The notes: generated by a model from the letters alone, not told the origin. A stretch of 29,924 nucleotides of DNA from an uncultured Planctomycetia bacterium (GCA_964365575.1 CAYIQH010000001.1:1-29924), one strand, 5' to 3'. Counted from the stretch's first letter, positions 8,862 to 18,735 are shown. Translations and numbers: made by a program.

Positions 8862-11542
8862 TTCTCCGTTTCAAGCCAATTGCGTCCTTCGCCCATCCTG
8901 ACGAGAACCGGCACCTTCAGATCGAATACACCTTCCATCTCTGCCTTCACAACCTTTTTCAATTCGTCCGCTTCATTTTTTTTTGCTTCAAACACAAGTT
9001 CGTCATGAACCTGCAATATCATTTTGCTCTTGAAGCCCTTCTTTTCAAATTTGCGCCATATATTCAACATAGCTACTTTTATCAGGTCTGCCGCTGAACC
9101 CTGTATGGGCGTATTTATGGCGACCCTTTCGGCAAACTGTCGGATGTTGATATTAGGGCTGCTTATCTCCGGCACATACCGGCGCCTGTTGAGAATAGTC
9201 GTCACATACCCCTGTTTCCGCGCCGTTTCTATCGTCTCATCGAGATATGCTTTCACGCCGGGATAACGTTCAAAATAATTCTCAATGAATTTCTCCGCAT
9301 CGCCCACATTTATATCCAGATCTCGCGATAATCCGTACGGGCTCATGCCGTAGACTATTCCGAAATTGACGGTCTTGGCTTGTGATCTCATCTTTTTTGT
9401 GACATCTTTTTCTTTTACGCCAAAAACCAGAGAAGCGGTATACGTATGTATATCGTGGCCTTTCTTGAATGCTGTTATAAGATTTTTATCTCCGGAAAGA
9501 TGTGCCAGTATACGCAGCTCGATCTGTGAATAGTCAGCCGAAATAAGTATGTCCTTTTTGTCAAGCGGTACAAACGCCCTGCGCACCTCCCTGCCGATAT
9601 CTGTTTTGATAGGGATGTTTTGTAAATTCGGTTCGCTGCTTGAAAGCCGGCCCGTCGCTGTTACTGTCTGGTTGAATGATGTATGTATCCTTGATGTCTT
9701 CTGGTTTATAAGTTCCGGCAAAGCGTCTATGTAAGTAGATTTGAGTTTAGACAGAGTGCGGTATTCCAGGATGAGGCCGATAACAGGGTGGTTGGCCGCC
9801 AGTTTTTTCAGGACTGATTCGTCAGTCGATATGCCTGTCTTTGTCCGTTTTATAACCGGCAATTTTAATTTTTCAAATAGGACATTTGAAAGCTGTTGCG
9901 GCGAATTTATATTAAACTCGCATCCGGCCATTCCGTATATTTCTTTTGTCAGCCCCGCGAGCTCCCTATCCATATTTACGGACATCTCCGAAAGAAATTT
10001 TATGTCAATTGCTACACCCGCGAGTTCCATTTCGGCAAGGACTTCTACCAGCGGCATCTCTACGTCGTTAAAAAGTTTATCAAGGCCTTTTTCTTCCAGC
10101 ATCTTTTCGAAGATCAACATCACTCTCAGTGTGACATCCGCGTCTTCGCATGAATATTCTGATACTTTTTCCAGATCCACGTCTTCAAGGGTAATGGCGT
10201 TTTTGCCCTTGCCAATGAGATCGCTTATGGGAATAGTCTTATAACTCAGATATTCCATAGCGATGTCATCCAGATTATGATTCAGTTTTGACGGGTTAAG
10301 CAAATACGAAGCTATCATTGTATCAAAATATATACCTGCCAGCCTTATGCCCTGATTACGCAATATGACATATTCATATTTTATGTTTTGTCCTGTCTTC
10401 TTAATCCTGGGGTCTTCTAAAAGCGGGCGAAGCTCTTCAAGCGCCCAGGTTCGATCTATGTCGCTTGTCAAATCCTCCATCAGCACGGCTGACTCTCTAC
10501 GGAAGGCGACATAATAGGCCTCACCTTTTTTAAATGAAAACGATATGCCTATCGGCCGTGCGGCCATTGGGTCGGTGCCCGTAGTCTCGAAATCCAAGAC
10601 AAACATATCAGCCTTCTCCAGTTTTTTGAGCAGTTCCGTAAACGCCTTTCTGTATTTTATCAGATGATACTTTGAATCTAATGACGTCTGGGGCGCGTAT
10701 TCCTGAACCAGGTTACGGAACTCAAGGCGTTTAAATAACTCCAGAAGTTTTTCTGCATCCGGCTCTCTGATCTTCATTTTTTCAAGGTCTATATCAAGCG
10801 GTACCATGTCATCTAAAGTCGCGAGTTCCTTACTGAGCCGCGCCTTGTCGGCATGCTCTATTATTAAGCGCTTTCGCGCCTCTGATTGTATCTTTTCGGG
10901 ATTATCCAATATTGCGTCCAGGCTGTTAAATTCCTGTATCAAGGATACTGCCGTTTTTTCGCCGAAGCCCGGAACACCGGTTATATTGTCCGAAGCATCA
11001 CCCATTAACGCAAGCAGGTCAACGATCTTATCGGGGCCTACGCCGTAGCGCTCCTTTACTTTTTCGGTGTCGTACACAAGTCCCTCTTTATGCGTTGAAT
11101 ACACTTTTACATGCGCATCTACGAGCTGGAGCGCGTCCTTATCGCCTGTTACAATAAAAACATCAAGTGCTTTTCCTGATAACTTTCTCGTGAGTGTCGC
11201 AATTATATCGTCCGCCTCAAAGCCTTCTTTCTCAAAAATGGGTATACTATACGCCCTGACAACTTCTTTTATCACGGGCATCTGAGTAATCAGCGCATCG
11301 GGCATCGGCTTCCTATGTATCTTATATTCTTCATATTTTTTATGCCGAAACGTCGGGCCTTTCAGGTCAAACGCTATAGCGAGATACTCCGGTTTCTCGT
11401 CCTTAATGATCTTGCGGAGCATGGAGACAAAGCCGTAAACTGCGTTCGTCGGCTCACCAAATGAGTTAGCAAGCTCCTTTATTGCATAAAATGCCCGGTA
11501 GCAAAACGAATTTCCGTCAATTAGAAATAGTTTCATAATCAA
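8858..11542 (-). CDS. polA: DNA polymerase I (5' nuclease, 3'-5' exonuclease and polymerase domains)
   Basis: LIDGNSFCYRAFYA, FEADDIIAT, LMGDASDNITGVPG; Exo I DFETTG intact; QTVTATGRLSSSEPNLQNIP, ADYSQIELRILAH, AKTVNFGIVYG, LQVHDELVFE. Confidence 0.99.
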   Translation of the reverse strand: MIMKLFLIDGNSFCYRAFYAIKELANSFGEPTNAVYGFVSMLRKIIKDEKPEYLAIAFDLKGPTFRHKKYEEYKIHRKPMPDALITQMPVIKEVVRAYSIPIFEKEGFEADDIIATLTRKLSGKALDVFIVTGDKDALQLVDAHVKVYSTHKEGLVYDTEKVKERYGVGPDKIVDLLALMGDASDNITGVPGFGEKTAVSLIQEFNSLDAILDNPEKIQSEARKRLIIEHADKARLSKELATLDDMVPLDIDLEKMKIREPDAEKLLELFKRLEFRNLVQEYAPQTSLDSKYHLIKYRKAFTELLKKLEKADMFVLDFETTGTDPMAARPIGISFSFKKGEAYYVAFRRESAVLMEDLTSDIDRTWALEELRPLLEDPRIKKTGQNIKYEYVILRNQGIRLAGIYFDTMIASYLLNPSKLNHNLDDIAMEYLSYKTIPISDLIGKGKNAITLEDVDLEKVSEYSCEDADVTLRVMLIFEKMLEEKGLDKLFNDVEMPLVEVLAEMELAGVAIDIKFLSEMSVNMDRELAGLTKEIYGMAGCEFNINSPQQLSNVLFEKLKLPVIKRTKTGISTDESVLKKLAANHPVIGLILEYRTLSKLKSTYIDALPELINQKTSRIHTSFNQTVTATGRLSSSEPNLQNIPIKTDIGREVRRAFVPLDKKDILISADYSQIELRILAHLSGDKNLITAFKKGHDIHTYTASLVFGVKEKDVTKKMRSQAKTVNFGIVYGMSPYGLSRDLDINVGDAEKFIENYFERYPGVKAYLDETIETARKQGYVTTILNRRRYVPEISSPNINIRQFAERVAINTPIQGSAADLIKVAMLNIWRKFEKKGFKSKMILQVHDELVFEAKKNEADELKKVVKAEMEGVFDLKVPVLVRMGEGRNWLETEK

Positions 11543-12357
11543 TACTTCCGCTTAATAAATTCCAGCCAGCGTTTCTCAAGGTCGCTCACGCCGTTCTTAT
11601 ACTTCCACTGATACGCATTGTTCAGTGCTTCATCCCGTGACTGGCCGTTTTTAAGGAACGTCAGGAATTTACCGAACGACGTCCGTATGTTATCTGTAAT
11701 AAGATGATCTACTACGCTCGCAGATTCCGTATAAAAGAGATCTACATTATCTTCGGGCACCTGCGGCATATTCATTAACTCAGCAAGCCGTATGTAGGAA
11801 CCGTCTTTCACGCTCATCTTTACAAACCTCTTCCGCTTATATAAGGAGCTCTGGTCATCTTCCTCAAACTGCGCCATTCCCTCTTCAAGCCATAGCGGCA
11901 TTCTTTTGCGATCCGTAAACAGGCGGAAAATGATGTGCGTCAGTTCGTGGGGAAATGTCGTCGTAGCCAGATCCGGTGAACCTTCGTAAGCAGAAAACCG
12001 GAGCGGGCTATCTTGCGCCAATCCCGCAGACCATTCCGGCGCGCCTGTGGCTTTGAGGTATTCGGCCTTTGTATTATACAGGTATATTTCGCATTTATCC
12101 TTACCTTCCCACGGCCGGAATTCCGCGCTGCCCAAATGGCCTAATATTTTTTTGTAATAATATTCAGCCTTCCACGTAAGATCATTTGCCAGATCCTTAT
12201 TATGGTGATAAATTACGAAATGCCCTCTTTCCAGTTTTTCAAATTCCGCCGCTCCGGAGGTAGGCCCCGCAAAAAAGGCCGACAAAAGCACAACCACTGC
12301 TATTCTAAGGCATAACTTTGTATACATTGAAATATCCGTTGTTATAGACAAGTTCAA
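11539..12357 (-). CDS. Secreted peptidase MA-like (gluzincin) metallohydrolase, paralog 2
   Basis: HELTH followed by [11 protein letters not shown] (HEXXH plus downstream E zinc ligand) and [10 protein letters not shown]; N-terminal hydrophobic signal. Likely start ATG 12327. Confidence 0.8.
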   Translation of the reverse strand: MNLSITTDISMYTKLCLRIAVVVLLSAFFAGPTSGAAEFEKLERGHFVIYHHNKDLANDLTWKAEYYYKKILGHLGSAEFRPWEGKDKCEIYLYNTKAEYLKATGAPEWSAGLAQDSPLRFSAYEGSPDLATTTFPHELTHIIFRLFTDRKRMPLWLEEGMAQFEEDDQSSLYKRKRFVKMSVKDGSYIRLAELMNMPQVPEDNVDLFYTESASVVDHLITDNIRTSFGKFLTFLKNGQSRDEALNNAYQWKYKNGVSDLEKRWLEFIKRKY

Positions 12358-14215
12358 AATGTTTAAGGCTCGGCTTTGTAAATCCGGCGCTCATAGTCCC
12401 GCTGAATTGGCGGCCGGAATGCGCAAACTTGAAATCCTGGCTGTCCGGAGGAAGTGCCTCAAGAATAAATCCTATGTCATCTTTATCTACTTCCATATGC
12501 GCCGTTATATAACGCCAGCTTGAGCGGCCGCCCGCAAGATACGTTCCATGAGGAAATACGAAATAGGCCGCGCCCCACTCTCTGCACAGATTAAATAACG
12601 GATCCTCGCCTTTAGTAAATAGCGTCTCCGCCCACTGCATAGTCTTGTCGCGAATCTCTTTGGATTCCAGTTTTGCATGCAGGTTTACCGCACGCCCCGT
12701 ATATGCCAGAATTTCCGGAGAGTAACGCGGCGGGGCCAGTATTACATCACTCTTTTCGGTGTTGGTTTCTATCCAGTTCAAAAGATCAACGATATACACG
12801 GTATCGCCGATATACGCGCTTGCGCGCGAAACTGCCGCTGCTTGCAACGCTATCACTCCGATAATAAATACTGCGGAAAGCGACTTCCATAATCTCTGCC
12901 GGCCTGTCCTGAGCAAAGTCGAAGGAGGGATCACTATCAATCCGCCCGCCCAGATTGCAATAAGAAATATAGTAAATACCATTACCCTGTTCACAAATAG
13001 ATATAAAACACCGAAGGCGATGAGCAGGTACAATAAAAGATCTATACCATCTTCGGAATAGCTTTTATTTCGGAATGATTTTATAGCAATGTTCAGGATA
13101 AGCGGCAAACCGAGTATCAGCGCCGGCAAAAAATAAGTTACTGCCTCATTTAAAGGCGGAGCACTATGCGCTACATCCCACAACATCCTGCTGTCCGACG
13201 ATAAGAGATTGGGATTAAACGGCTTTTGGCCCATGAACCTGAGCGAATCTATGCCCAGCGAATATACATGATAATATATTCCGAAATGTTTAGATAAAAA
13301 CGAAAAGCCGGCTATAAGAAGAAAGGCTGATGCGATAAATATAACCGCGCGTACGCCTTTATTTATTACGTATCTTTTTACACAGAAAACCGGTAATATC
13401 GCAAAACCTAAAAGCATCGGGGAAGATACCAAAAATGGTATTTCGCGTAAATACGGAATAACTATTCCTGCCGCGGCTGATGATACCATAAGCGCAATGT
13501 ATTGCACGAAAGTATCACGCTTGTCAAACAAGATGGCACGATACGCTATAAACACAAGTGCTATCATGAGGTAGAACTGCGTAAAGTGCCATGCTGCAAG
13601 GGCAATAAACATACATATGCCCGAAAGAATGCTGTAAATATAAACTCTTCGCGAGGAGCATGTTTCGTCTTCGGCAAATGCCATAAAAAGCATATTGCCG
13701 AAAATAAACGGCAGCGCAAACGCCTCTTTAAGAAACCCGAGCCCAATCGTTCTGTTTACCGCTGCCGGAGTCACCGTATAAAAGATAGCAGCCAGTATAG
13801 CCGCAAATCTGTCCTTTGTTATATGCAGTGTAAGCGCATATACGATAAAAAGCGGAATAAGCCCGAATATCATTACAAAATTCCGTACAAATGCGTCGAA
13901 ATCCGTTCCACGGCCGAGTGCCCTGTATAGATATCCGACAAAATACTCCATTACGACGGATTCCTTGCGGAATACCTCAAACCCTTCCGGATACTGGATC
14001 TTATAGCAGACCGCCGGTATCTTTTCGCCCTTCGCGACCAAATCGGCAAAATAATAATGGAATGCATTTATATTCGTAAATGGGGTAAAGGGCCCTATGG
14101 AGCTTCTTTTATAAACATCGGCTCTCAGAAGAAAGCCCAGAATGAATATAAGCGCCAGTATTATTATACTATTTTTTAAGGAATTTGAGCCAGGCATCGT
14201 TAAGCTGCGACACAT
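12305..14215 (-). CDS. Polytopic GT-C glycosyltransferase, STT3/AglB- or DPY19-like
   Basis: About a dozen hydrophobic segments. First external loop NAFHYYF...IQYPEG resembles STT3 EL1; [16 protein letters not shown] and AWHFTQF resemble DPY19 motifs as recalled; C-terminal soluble domain [29 protein letters not shown]. Start may be 14197. Confidence 0.7.
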   Translation of the reverse strand: MCRSLTMPGSNSLKNSIIILALIFILGFLLRADVYKRSSIGPFTPFTNINAFHYYFADLVAKGEKIPAVCYKIQYPEGFEVFRKESVVMEYFVGYLYRALGRGTDFDAFVRNFVMIFGLIPLFIVYALTLHITKDRFAAILAAIFYTVTPAAVNRTIGLGFLKEAFALPFIFGNMLFMAFAEDETCSSRRVYIYSILSGICMFIALAAWHFTQFYLMIALVFIAYRAILFDKRDTFVQYIALMVSSAAAGIVIPYLREIPFLVSSPMLLGFAILPVFCVKRYVINKGVRAVIFIASAFLLIAGFSFLSKHFGIYYHVYSLGIDSLRFMGQKPFNPNLLSSDSRMLWDVAHSAPPLNEAVTYFLPALILGLPLILNIAIKSFRNKSYSEDGIDLLLYLLIAFGVLYLFVNRVMVFTIFLIAIWAGGLIVIPPSTLLRTGRQRLWKSLSAVFIIGVIALQAAAVSRASAYIGDTVYIVDLLNWIETNTEKSDVILAPPRYSPEILAYTGRAVNLHAKLESKEIRDKTMQWAETLFTKGEDPLFNLCREWGAAYFVFPHGTYLAGGRSSWRYITAHMEVDKDDIGFILEALPPDSQDFKFAHSGRQFSGTMSAGFTKPSLKHFELVYNNGYFNVYKVMP

Positions 14216-14966
14216 CTTTCAATCGAGGGTAATACGTAGAATAAAGCGCCTCATTGATATTTTTGCCTCCAGAAACCATTTTCTTTGAAAAAGAGGTAAA
14301 CTTCGCTCCGCCATATTCGGAAAGCAAAAAATCCACCAGGCTTGCCGATTCGGCATAAAAAAGGCTATTAATTTTCAGATCTGCGGGATAACTGCTATAT
14401 TTAACGATCTCGGTTGCAGGTATCAGAACGCCTTTTGCCAGCGCTACTTTAACATGCGCCTTATAATCATCGGATCTTTCTTCGTAAGTCGCCATGCCTT
14501 CGTTAAGCCAAAGCGGCACGCGGGCATCTACTTTTAACCCGGCTACGATCTCTTTGAATAGTAAGTGCGTAATCTCATGGGGAAGCACTTCGTCCAAAAG
14601 ATTATTACTCAGGAAGCTGTAGATCTCAGCGGGTTTTCGTGCGGATCTTGGAACTGCGATTCCACCTGTATTGGCAGCATTATAGCCGAGTCTCTTAAGA
14701 TTGTCAAGATAATCTTGATAACTGCCAAAAATATAGACACGCGGCTTCTTCTTGAGCATACTGCCTGATTCAAGGTCATTGAGAAACCGGCTGTAATACT
14801 CCTCCAGGCCGGCTGCGACAGTTTCGGCATCTTTCTGAGCAGGCGCCCATACCGCAAAATTCATGGTATTCGCATGTCCCTTTAAGATTCCGAAAGGGGT
14901 ATCATCGGCCGATCCGCACGATGCTAATGATATTAAGAATGCGAGAAAAAGCAAGGCGAGATTCAT
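14169..14966 (-). CDS. Peptidase MA-like (gluzincin) lipoprotein, paralog 1
   Basis: Lipobox LASC; HEITH...[11 protein letters not shown]; [13 protein letters not shown] is clearly homologous to 11539-12357. Confidence 0.8.
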   Translation of the reverse strand: MNLALLFLAFLISLASCGSADDTPFGILKGHANTMNFAVWAPAQKDAETVAAGLEEYYSRFLNDLESGSMLKKKPRVYIFGSYQDYLDNLKRLGYNAANTGGIAVPRSARKPAEIYSFLSNNLLDEVLPHEITHLLFKEIVAGLKVDARVPLWLNEGMATYEERSDDYKAHVKVALAKGVLIPATEIVKYSSYPADLKINSLFYAESASLVDFLLSEYGGAKFTSFSKKMVSGGKNINEALYSTYYPRLKDVSQLNDAWLKFLKK

Positions 14967-14977
14967 AGGAGGATAGT

Positions 14978-15310
14978 TTAATTGCCCTTGTCTTTTTTGA
15001 TGAGTTTAACGGCAGTACCCGAACCATACAGATATCCGAATCCGCTGTAATAAGTAATGCCGATTACATAGTCAGCGCCCAGATCTTCGGCCTGTCTTTT
15101 TAGTTCGTTGTTTATCTTGTCGGGCATGGTTTCACTGCTTCTGTAAGAGACGACACCCAAAACATCATAATCAACTTTTAAATCAACGGTAGATAATACG
15201 ACCCCGGCCGCCCCTTTCTTGGTTGTATCTTTACCATCGTAACCGAAGGCACAGGAAAGAGAAAAAGCCGTAAACAATATGCTCATCAAAAAGTAAAATA
15301 TTTTTGTCAT
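14978..15310 (-). CDS. Exported YbjQ-like (heavy-metal-binding-domain family) small protein
   Basis: Signal peptide, then DYDVLGVV...ELKRQAEDLGADYVIGI...YGSGTAVKL, the typical YbjQ/UPF0145 pattern. Confidence 0.7.
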   Translation of the reverse strand: MTKIFYFLMSILFTAFSLSCAFGYDGKDTTKKGAAGVVLSTVDLKVDYDVLGVVSYRSSETMPDKINNELKRQAEDLGADYVIGITYYSGFGYLYGSGTAVKLIKKDKGN

Positions 15311-16449
15311 TGCTTTACCTCCTCCCCCTGCGTATCAATAAGGGTGGCTGTCAGCACTACAATTAGATTCTTCTTTTCTCTATTCCGGTATTCGTATTTA
15401 AAAATCGGGCCTATGAGCGGAAGGTCGCCTAAGATCGGGATTTTCCTCTTCACGGTGCCGTCATCAGCGTCCTGTATTAATCCGCCAATCAGGATTGAAT
15501 CGCCGCTCCGGATCATGACCGATGTCTGGGCTGTTCGCGTATCGATAATAGGCCACCCAAGATTAGCGGGAAAATTGGTGGTAGGGTTAGCAGTCAATGC
15601 AATCTGCTGACTAAGCTTTGTGACTTCGGGATGAATGTCTAATGTTATTATGTCACTGCCTTCCATCACAGTGGGCGTAACTTCGAGCGTTACCCCCACT
15701 ATTTCTTCTTCAACTTTATAAGTCTCAACATTAACATAATCTGTTTCAGTAACTCCGAGTAGCGTCGTCGATCCGATTTCAACCTGCGTAGTTTCCACAG
15801 ACGTAGCGTACGGAAAACTCCTTACAACCTGCAGGTTGGCCATCTGGCCGGACAAGGTCGTCACTTTTGGAGCGTGAATAAGATTAGCTTTTCCTTTCTG
15901 CGCAAGCATTTTAAGATAAGCTATCAGTTCAGACCCGTGATAAGCAGCTTTACTTATTAACAACCCTAACCCGGCCGTACTGGCAGCCTGAGCGAATTGA
16001 GCGGCTGTGCTGGCCGTTCCCATAAGGCCAACCACGCTACTTGTCTGGCCCGTAATAAAATTAATACTATGCGGACTGAAGATAGCCGGCTCGTCATGGT
16101 GGAGCAAATCCCAGTCCACCCCCATCTCATCCAGGTCTGTGAAAGTTATCTCCACAAATTTGGCCTCTATCTGGATCTGTTTCGGCCCCACATCCCATTC
16201 CCGTATAAGTTTAAGGGCAAGTTCCTGATTTGACGGCGTATCAGTAATAGTGAGAAGTCCTGATATCTCATCGAGCATTACCTTTCTGCCATCCTGAGGC
16301 GGCAGGTTAGTCTCCAGATATTGCTTGATCGTATATTTCGACAGGTCTTCGTTTTTGTCCTGTGCGAAAGTAAACGCCGTTGCGTAAAAATTCAGAATCC
16401 CGAAGATAAGTGTTATTTTGACAAATTTTCGCATTAATTTACATTCCAT
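15307..16449 (-). CDS. Secretin core (GspD/PilQ family), N3 remnant plus secretin domain, paralog B
   Basis: Own signal peptide (...ATAFTFA-QD); GLLTITDTPSN, PKQIQIEAKFVEI, APKVTTLSGQMA, GVTLEVTP, ITLDIHPEV, LIGGLIQ, KIPILGDLPLIGPIFK, NLIVVLTATLI. Confidence 0.9.
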   Translation of the reverse strand: MECKLMRKFVKITLIFGILNFYATAFTFAQDKNEDLSKYTIKQYLETNLPPQDGRKVMLDEISGLLTITDTPSNQELALKLIREWDVGPKQIQIEAKFVEITFTDLDEMGVDWDLLHHDEPAIFSPHSINFITGQTSSVVGLMGTASTAAQFAQAASTAGLGLLISKAAYHGSELIAYLKMLAQKGKANLIHAPKVTTLSGQMANLQVVRSFPYATSVETTQVEIGSTTLLGVTETDYVNVETYKVEEEIVGVTLEVTPTVMEGSDIITLDIHPEVTKLSQQIALTANPTTNFPANLGWPIIDTRTAQTSVMIRSGDSILIGGLIQDADDGTVKRKIPILGDLPLIGPIFKYEYRNREKKNLIVVLTATLIDTQGEEVKQ

Positions 16450-16457
16450 AATAAAGA

Positions 16458-17603
16458 TTACCTTGTCGCGGCCGGCGGCTCAGCCGCTTTACCTTCGGCC
16501 GTTATCAGCGTCGCCGTTAAAAATATTACGAGGTTCTTCTTTGTCCTGTCTTTATTCTTATACTTAAACAGCTCCCCTATTAACGGTATGTCCCCCAAAA
16601 TAGGGATCTTTTTGTCTGTCGTCTGGTCATCATCCTGAATAAACCCGCCCATTATAACGGTTGAGCCGCTCGTTACCATAACGCTCGTCTGGGCTGTCCT
16701 TGTATCAATGACAGGCCATCCCAACAGCGCAGGCACGCCCATGCCGAATGTTATGGGGTTTGCCGCCGCAGTGGTCGCTCCTTGAAAAATAGGCCTTCTG
16801 GCCTTAAGATTACTCACTTCGGGATGAATGTCCAGCGTTATCACATCGCTGTTACCTGTAACATACGGCGTGACCTCAAGCGTTATACCGGTAATCTTTT
16901 CCTCAATAGTATAGTCAAACTTCCAGATGGGATGCTCCGCCGTGCCGCTATTTTCAAAAGTAACATCACTTACGTAGGGTATGGTCTGCGTTACCTGAAT
17001 ATTTGCCTGCTGGCCTGATAAAGTCGTAACTTTTGGAGCGGATAGCAAATTAGCCCTGTTCTCGGCCGCGAGGGCATGAAGATATGCTTCTATAAAATTC
17101 TTCTTTGACCAATCTGCTATGATCGCGATATCCAGGCCGCGGTTGGTCTGAGGAAATGTATCGGTCGTGGTATCATCCCATATAATATTCCGATAGTCTG
17201 GCATATTCTGGGGGATTCTCTGATTATTCTGAGAAAGTGTGGTATCGACGCTGCCGATATTAATATCGCCGCGCTCGTACAAAAACCATTCAATCCCGAG
17301 TTCATCCAGATCCTCAAATTCAATCTCCACAAACTTCGCTTCTATCATGATCTGTTTCGGCCCTATATCAAACTGCCTGACTAGCTTTTGTATAAGGCGC
17401 TGGTTTGAGGGTGTATCGGTTACTGTCAGTATACCCGTGGCATCGCTGTAATTTATAGAGCGGCCCTCCTGAGGAGGAAGCGCGTCGTTCAGGTACTCTT
17501 CTATTGAAAGCGAGTATTCAGGACTGGCTTCCTGGGCCGAGACCAAGAGATTAGTGGCTGTCATGATTCCAACAGCAAAAATTATCGCCCCCATTATCCG
17601 CAT
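16458..17603 (-). CDS. Secretin core (GspD/PilQ family), N3 remnant plus secretin domain, paralog A
   Basis: Own signal peptide (...LLVSA-QE); GILTVTDTPSN, PKQIMIEAKFVEI, LLSAPKVTTLSGQQA, GITLEVTP, IMGGFIQ, KIPILGDIPLIGELFK, NLVIFLTATLI. Confidence 0.9.
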   Translation of the reverse strand: MRIMGAIIFAVGIMTATNLLVSAQEASPEYSLSIEEYLNDALPPQEGRSINYSDATGILTVTDTPSNQRLIQKLVRQFDIGPKQIMIEAKFVEIEFEDLDELGIEWFLYERGDINIGSVDTTLSQNNQRIPQNMPDYRNIIWDDTTTDTFPQTNRGLDIAIIADWSKKNFIEAYLHALAAENRANLLSAPKVTTLSGQQANIQVTQTIPYVSDVTFENSGTAEHPIWKFDYTIEEKITGITLEVTPYVTGNSDVITLDIHPEVSNLKARRPIFQGATTAAANPITFGMGVPALLGWPVIDTRTAQTSVMVTSGSTVIMGGFIQDDDQTTDKKIPILGDIPLIGELFKYKNKDRTKKNLVIFLTATLITAEGKAAEPPAATR

Positions 17604-17618
17604 ATTTACTCCAAGCTA

Positions 17619-18734
17619 TTACGAGCCGCTGTCACTGCTGGATTTAGTCTCAAATTCTTTAAGCCCTACCTTCCTTACCCGTCTGACGCCATATTTCAGG
17701 CGGTAGGTCCTTGTCACAAGATTTTCTTTTGCCAGTTTTTCGGGAGTAGAGATCCATATATAATTCGGCTCGACTCTGTAACTCAAGTCTGTCGCTCTTA
17801 GCGCGATATTAAGGACTTCCAAAAGCGGCAGCTCGTTTACCGTGCTGAATGTTATTTTGAGCGGAGTACCCTCACCGGCTTTTGCTAACGCGCCCTCATC
17901 AATTACGATAGTCACGCCCGTGATCTCCATAAGCTGCCGTATTACATCGCGTATATCGGCTTCGGCCAGGCTCACAGCCGGCACCATCTTTTCAGAAAGC
18001 TTTTTCATAAGCGCCTGCCTTGCCTTTTCTTCCCTTTCTTCTTCCGGCGATACAATCTCTTCGATCTCTACGGGTTTTCGTTCAGGTTTTACCGGCGGCA
18101 GATATGCCTTTTCAACTTCTAGCATAGCCGTCTTTTCCTGAACTGTTTTTTCCTGCGTTGCTAAATCCGTATCCTTGTCCAGGTCTTTCTGGTCCGCCCT
18201 TGCCTTATCCATGCCGCCCTGTCGCCGCGCCCTCTTGAGCCATTCCAGAATATCCTCATTCTCATAATCCAGCACCAGTGCATTTTGGAAATCCAGAATA
18301 GCGCCGTCAAAATCCTTGGCGCGGTATTTTTCCTGTCCGCTTTTCAATAATTTCTTTGCCATTACGGACGGCGATTCTATCTTCTGACGCTCCCCCGTCT
18401 TGACCTGCACACTTTTAAGGCCCCGCTTTGCGTCCGCGCTATTGGAATCTATCTCCAGCGCCCGCGAGAACTGTTCGGTTGCTGCGTCATAGTTTCCGGC
18501 TTCCAAAAAACCTTTGCCCTCGTCTATGAAATACTTCAGCATAGACTTTTCTTTCTCTTTCTCTATCCTTTTCTCGGAAATCATAAGATCGGCTGCTTTC
18601 TTGGCGTCATCGGCAGCATTAGCATTGGATTGGGTTACAAAAAGAAGTATAAGAGCCGTATAAAAGAGCGATATCGCGCGTCTCTTTTGAATCTTTGTGG
18701 TTGGCATAGACATCTCCGTATTTATTATATGCAA
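17619..18734 (-). CDS. Exported TPR + coiled-coil + STN/N0-like protein (stand-alone secretin N-module)
   Basis: Signal peptide; two TPR blocks (GNYDAATEQFSRALEIDSNS, KDFDGAILDFQNALVLDYEN); STN-like VSLAEADIRDVIRQLMEITGVTIVID...LPLLEVLNIALRATDLSYRVEPNYIWIS; ends TRTYRLKYG...KSSSDSGS. Likely start about 18707. Confidence 0.75.
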   Translation of the reverse strand: MHIINTEMSMPTTKIQKRRAISLFYTALILLFVTQSNANAADDAKKAADLMISEKRIEKEKEKSMLKYFIDEGKGFLEAGNYDAATEQFSRALEIDSNSADAKRGLKSVQVKTGERQKIESPSVMAKKLLKSGQEKYRAKDFDGAILDFQNALVLDYENEDILEWLKRARRQGGMDKARADQKDLDKDTDLATQEKTVQEKTAMLEVEKAYLPPVKPERKPVEIEEIVSPEEEREEKARQALMKKLSEKMVPAVSLAEADIRDVIRQLMEITGVTIVIDEGALAKAGEGTPLKITFSTVNELPLLEVLNIALRATDLSYRVEPNYIWISTPEKLAKENLVTRTYRLKYGVRRVRKVGLKEFETKSSSDSGS

Positions 18735-18735
18735 A

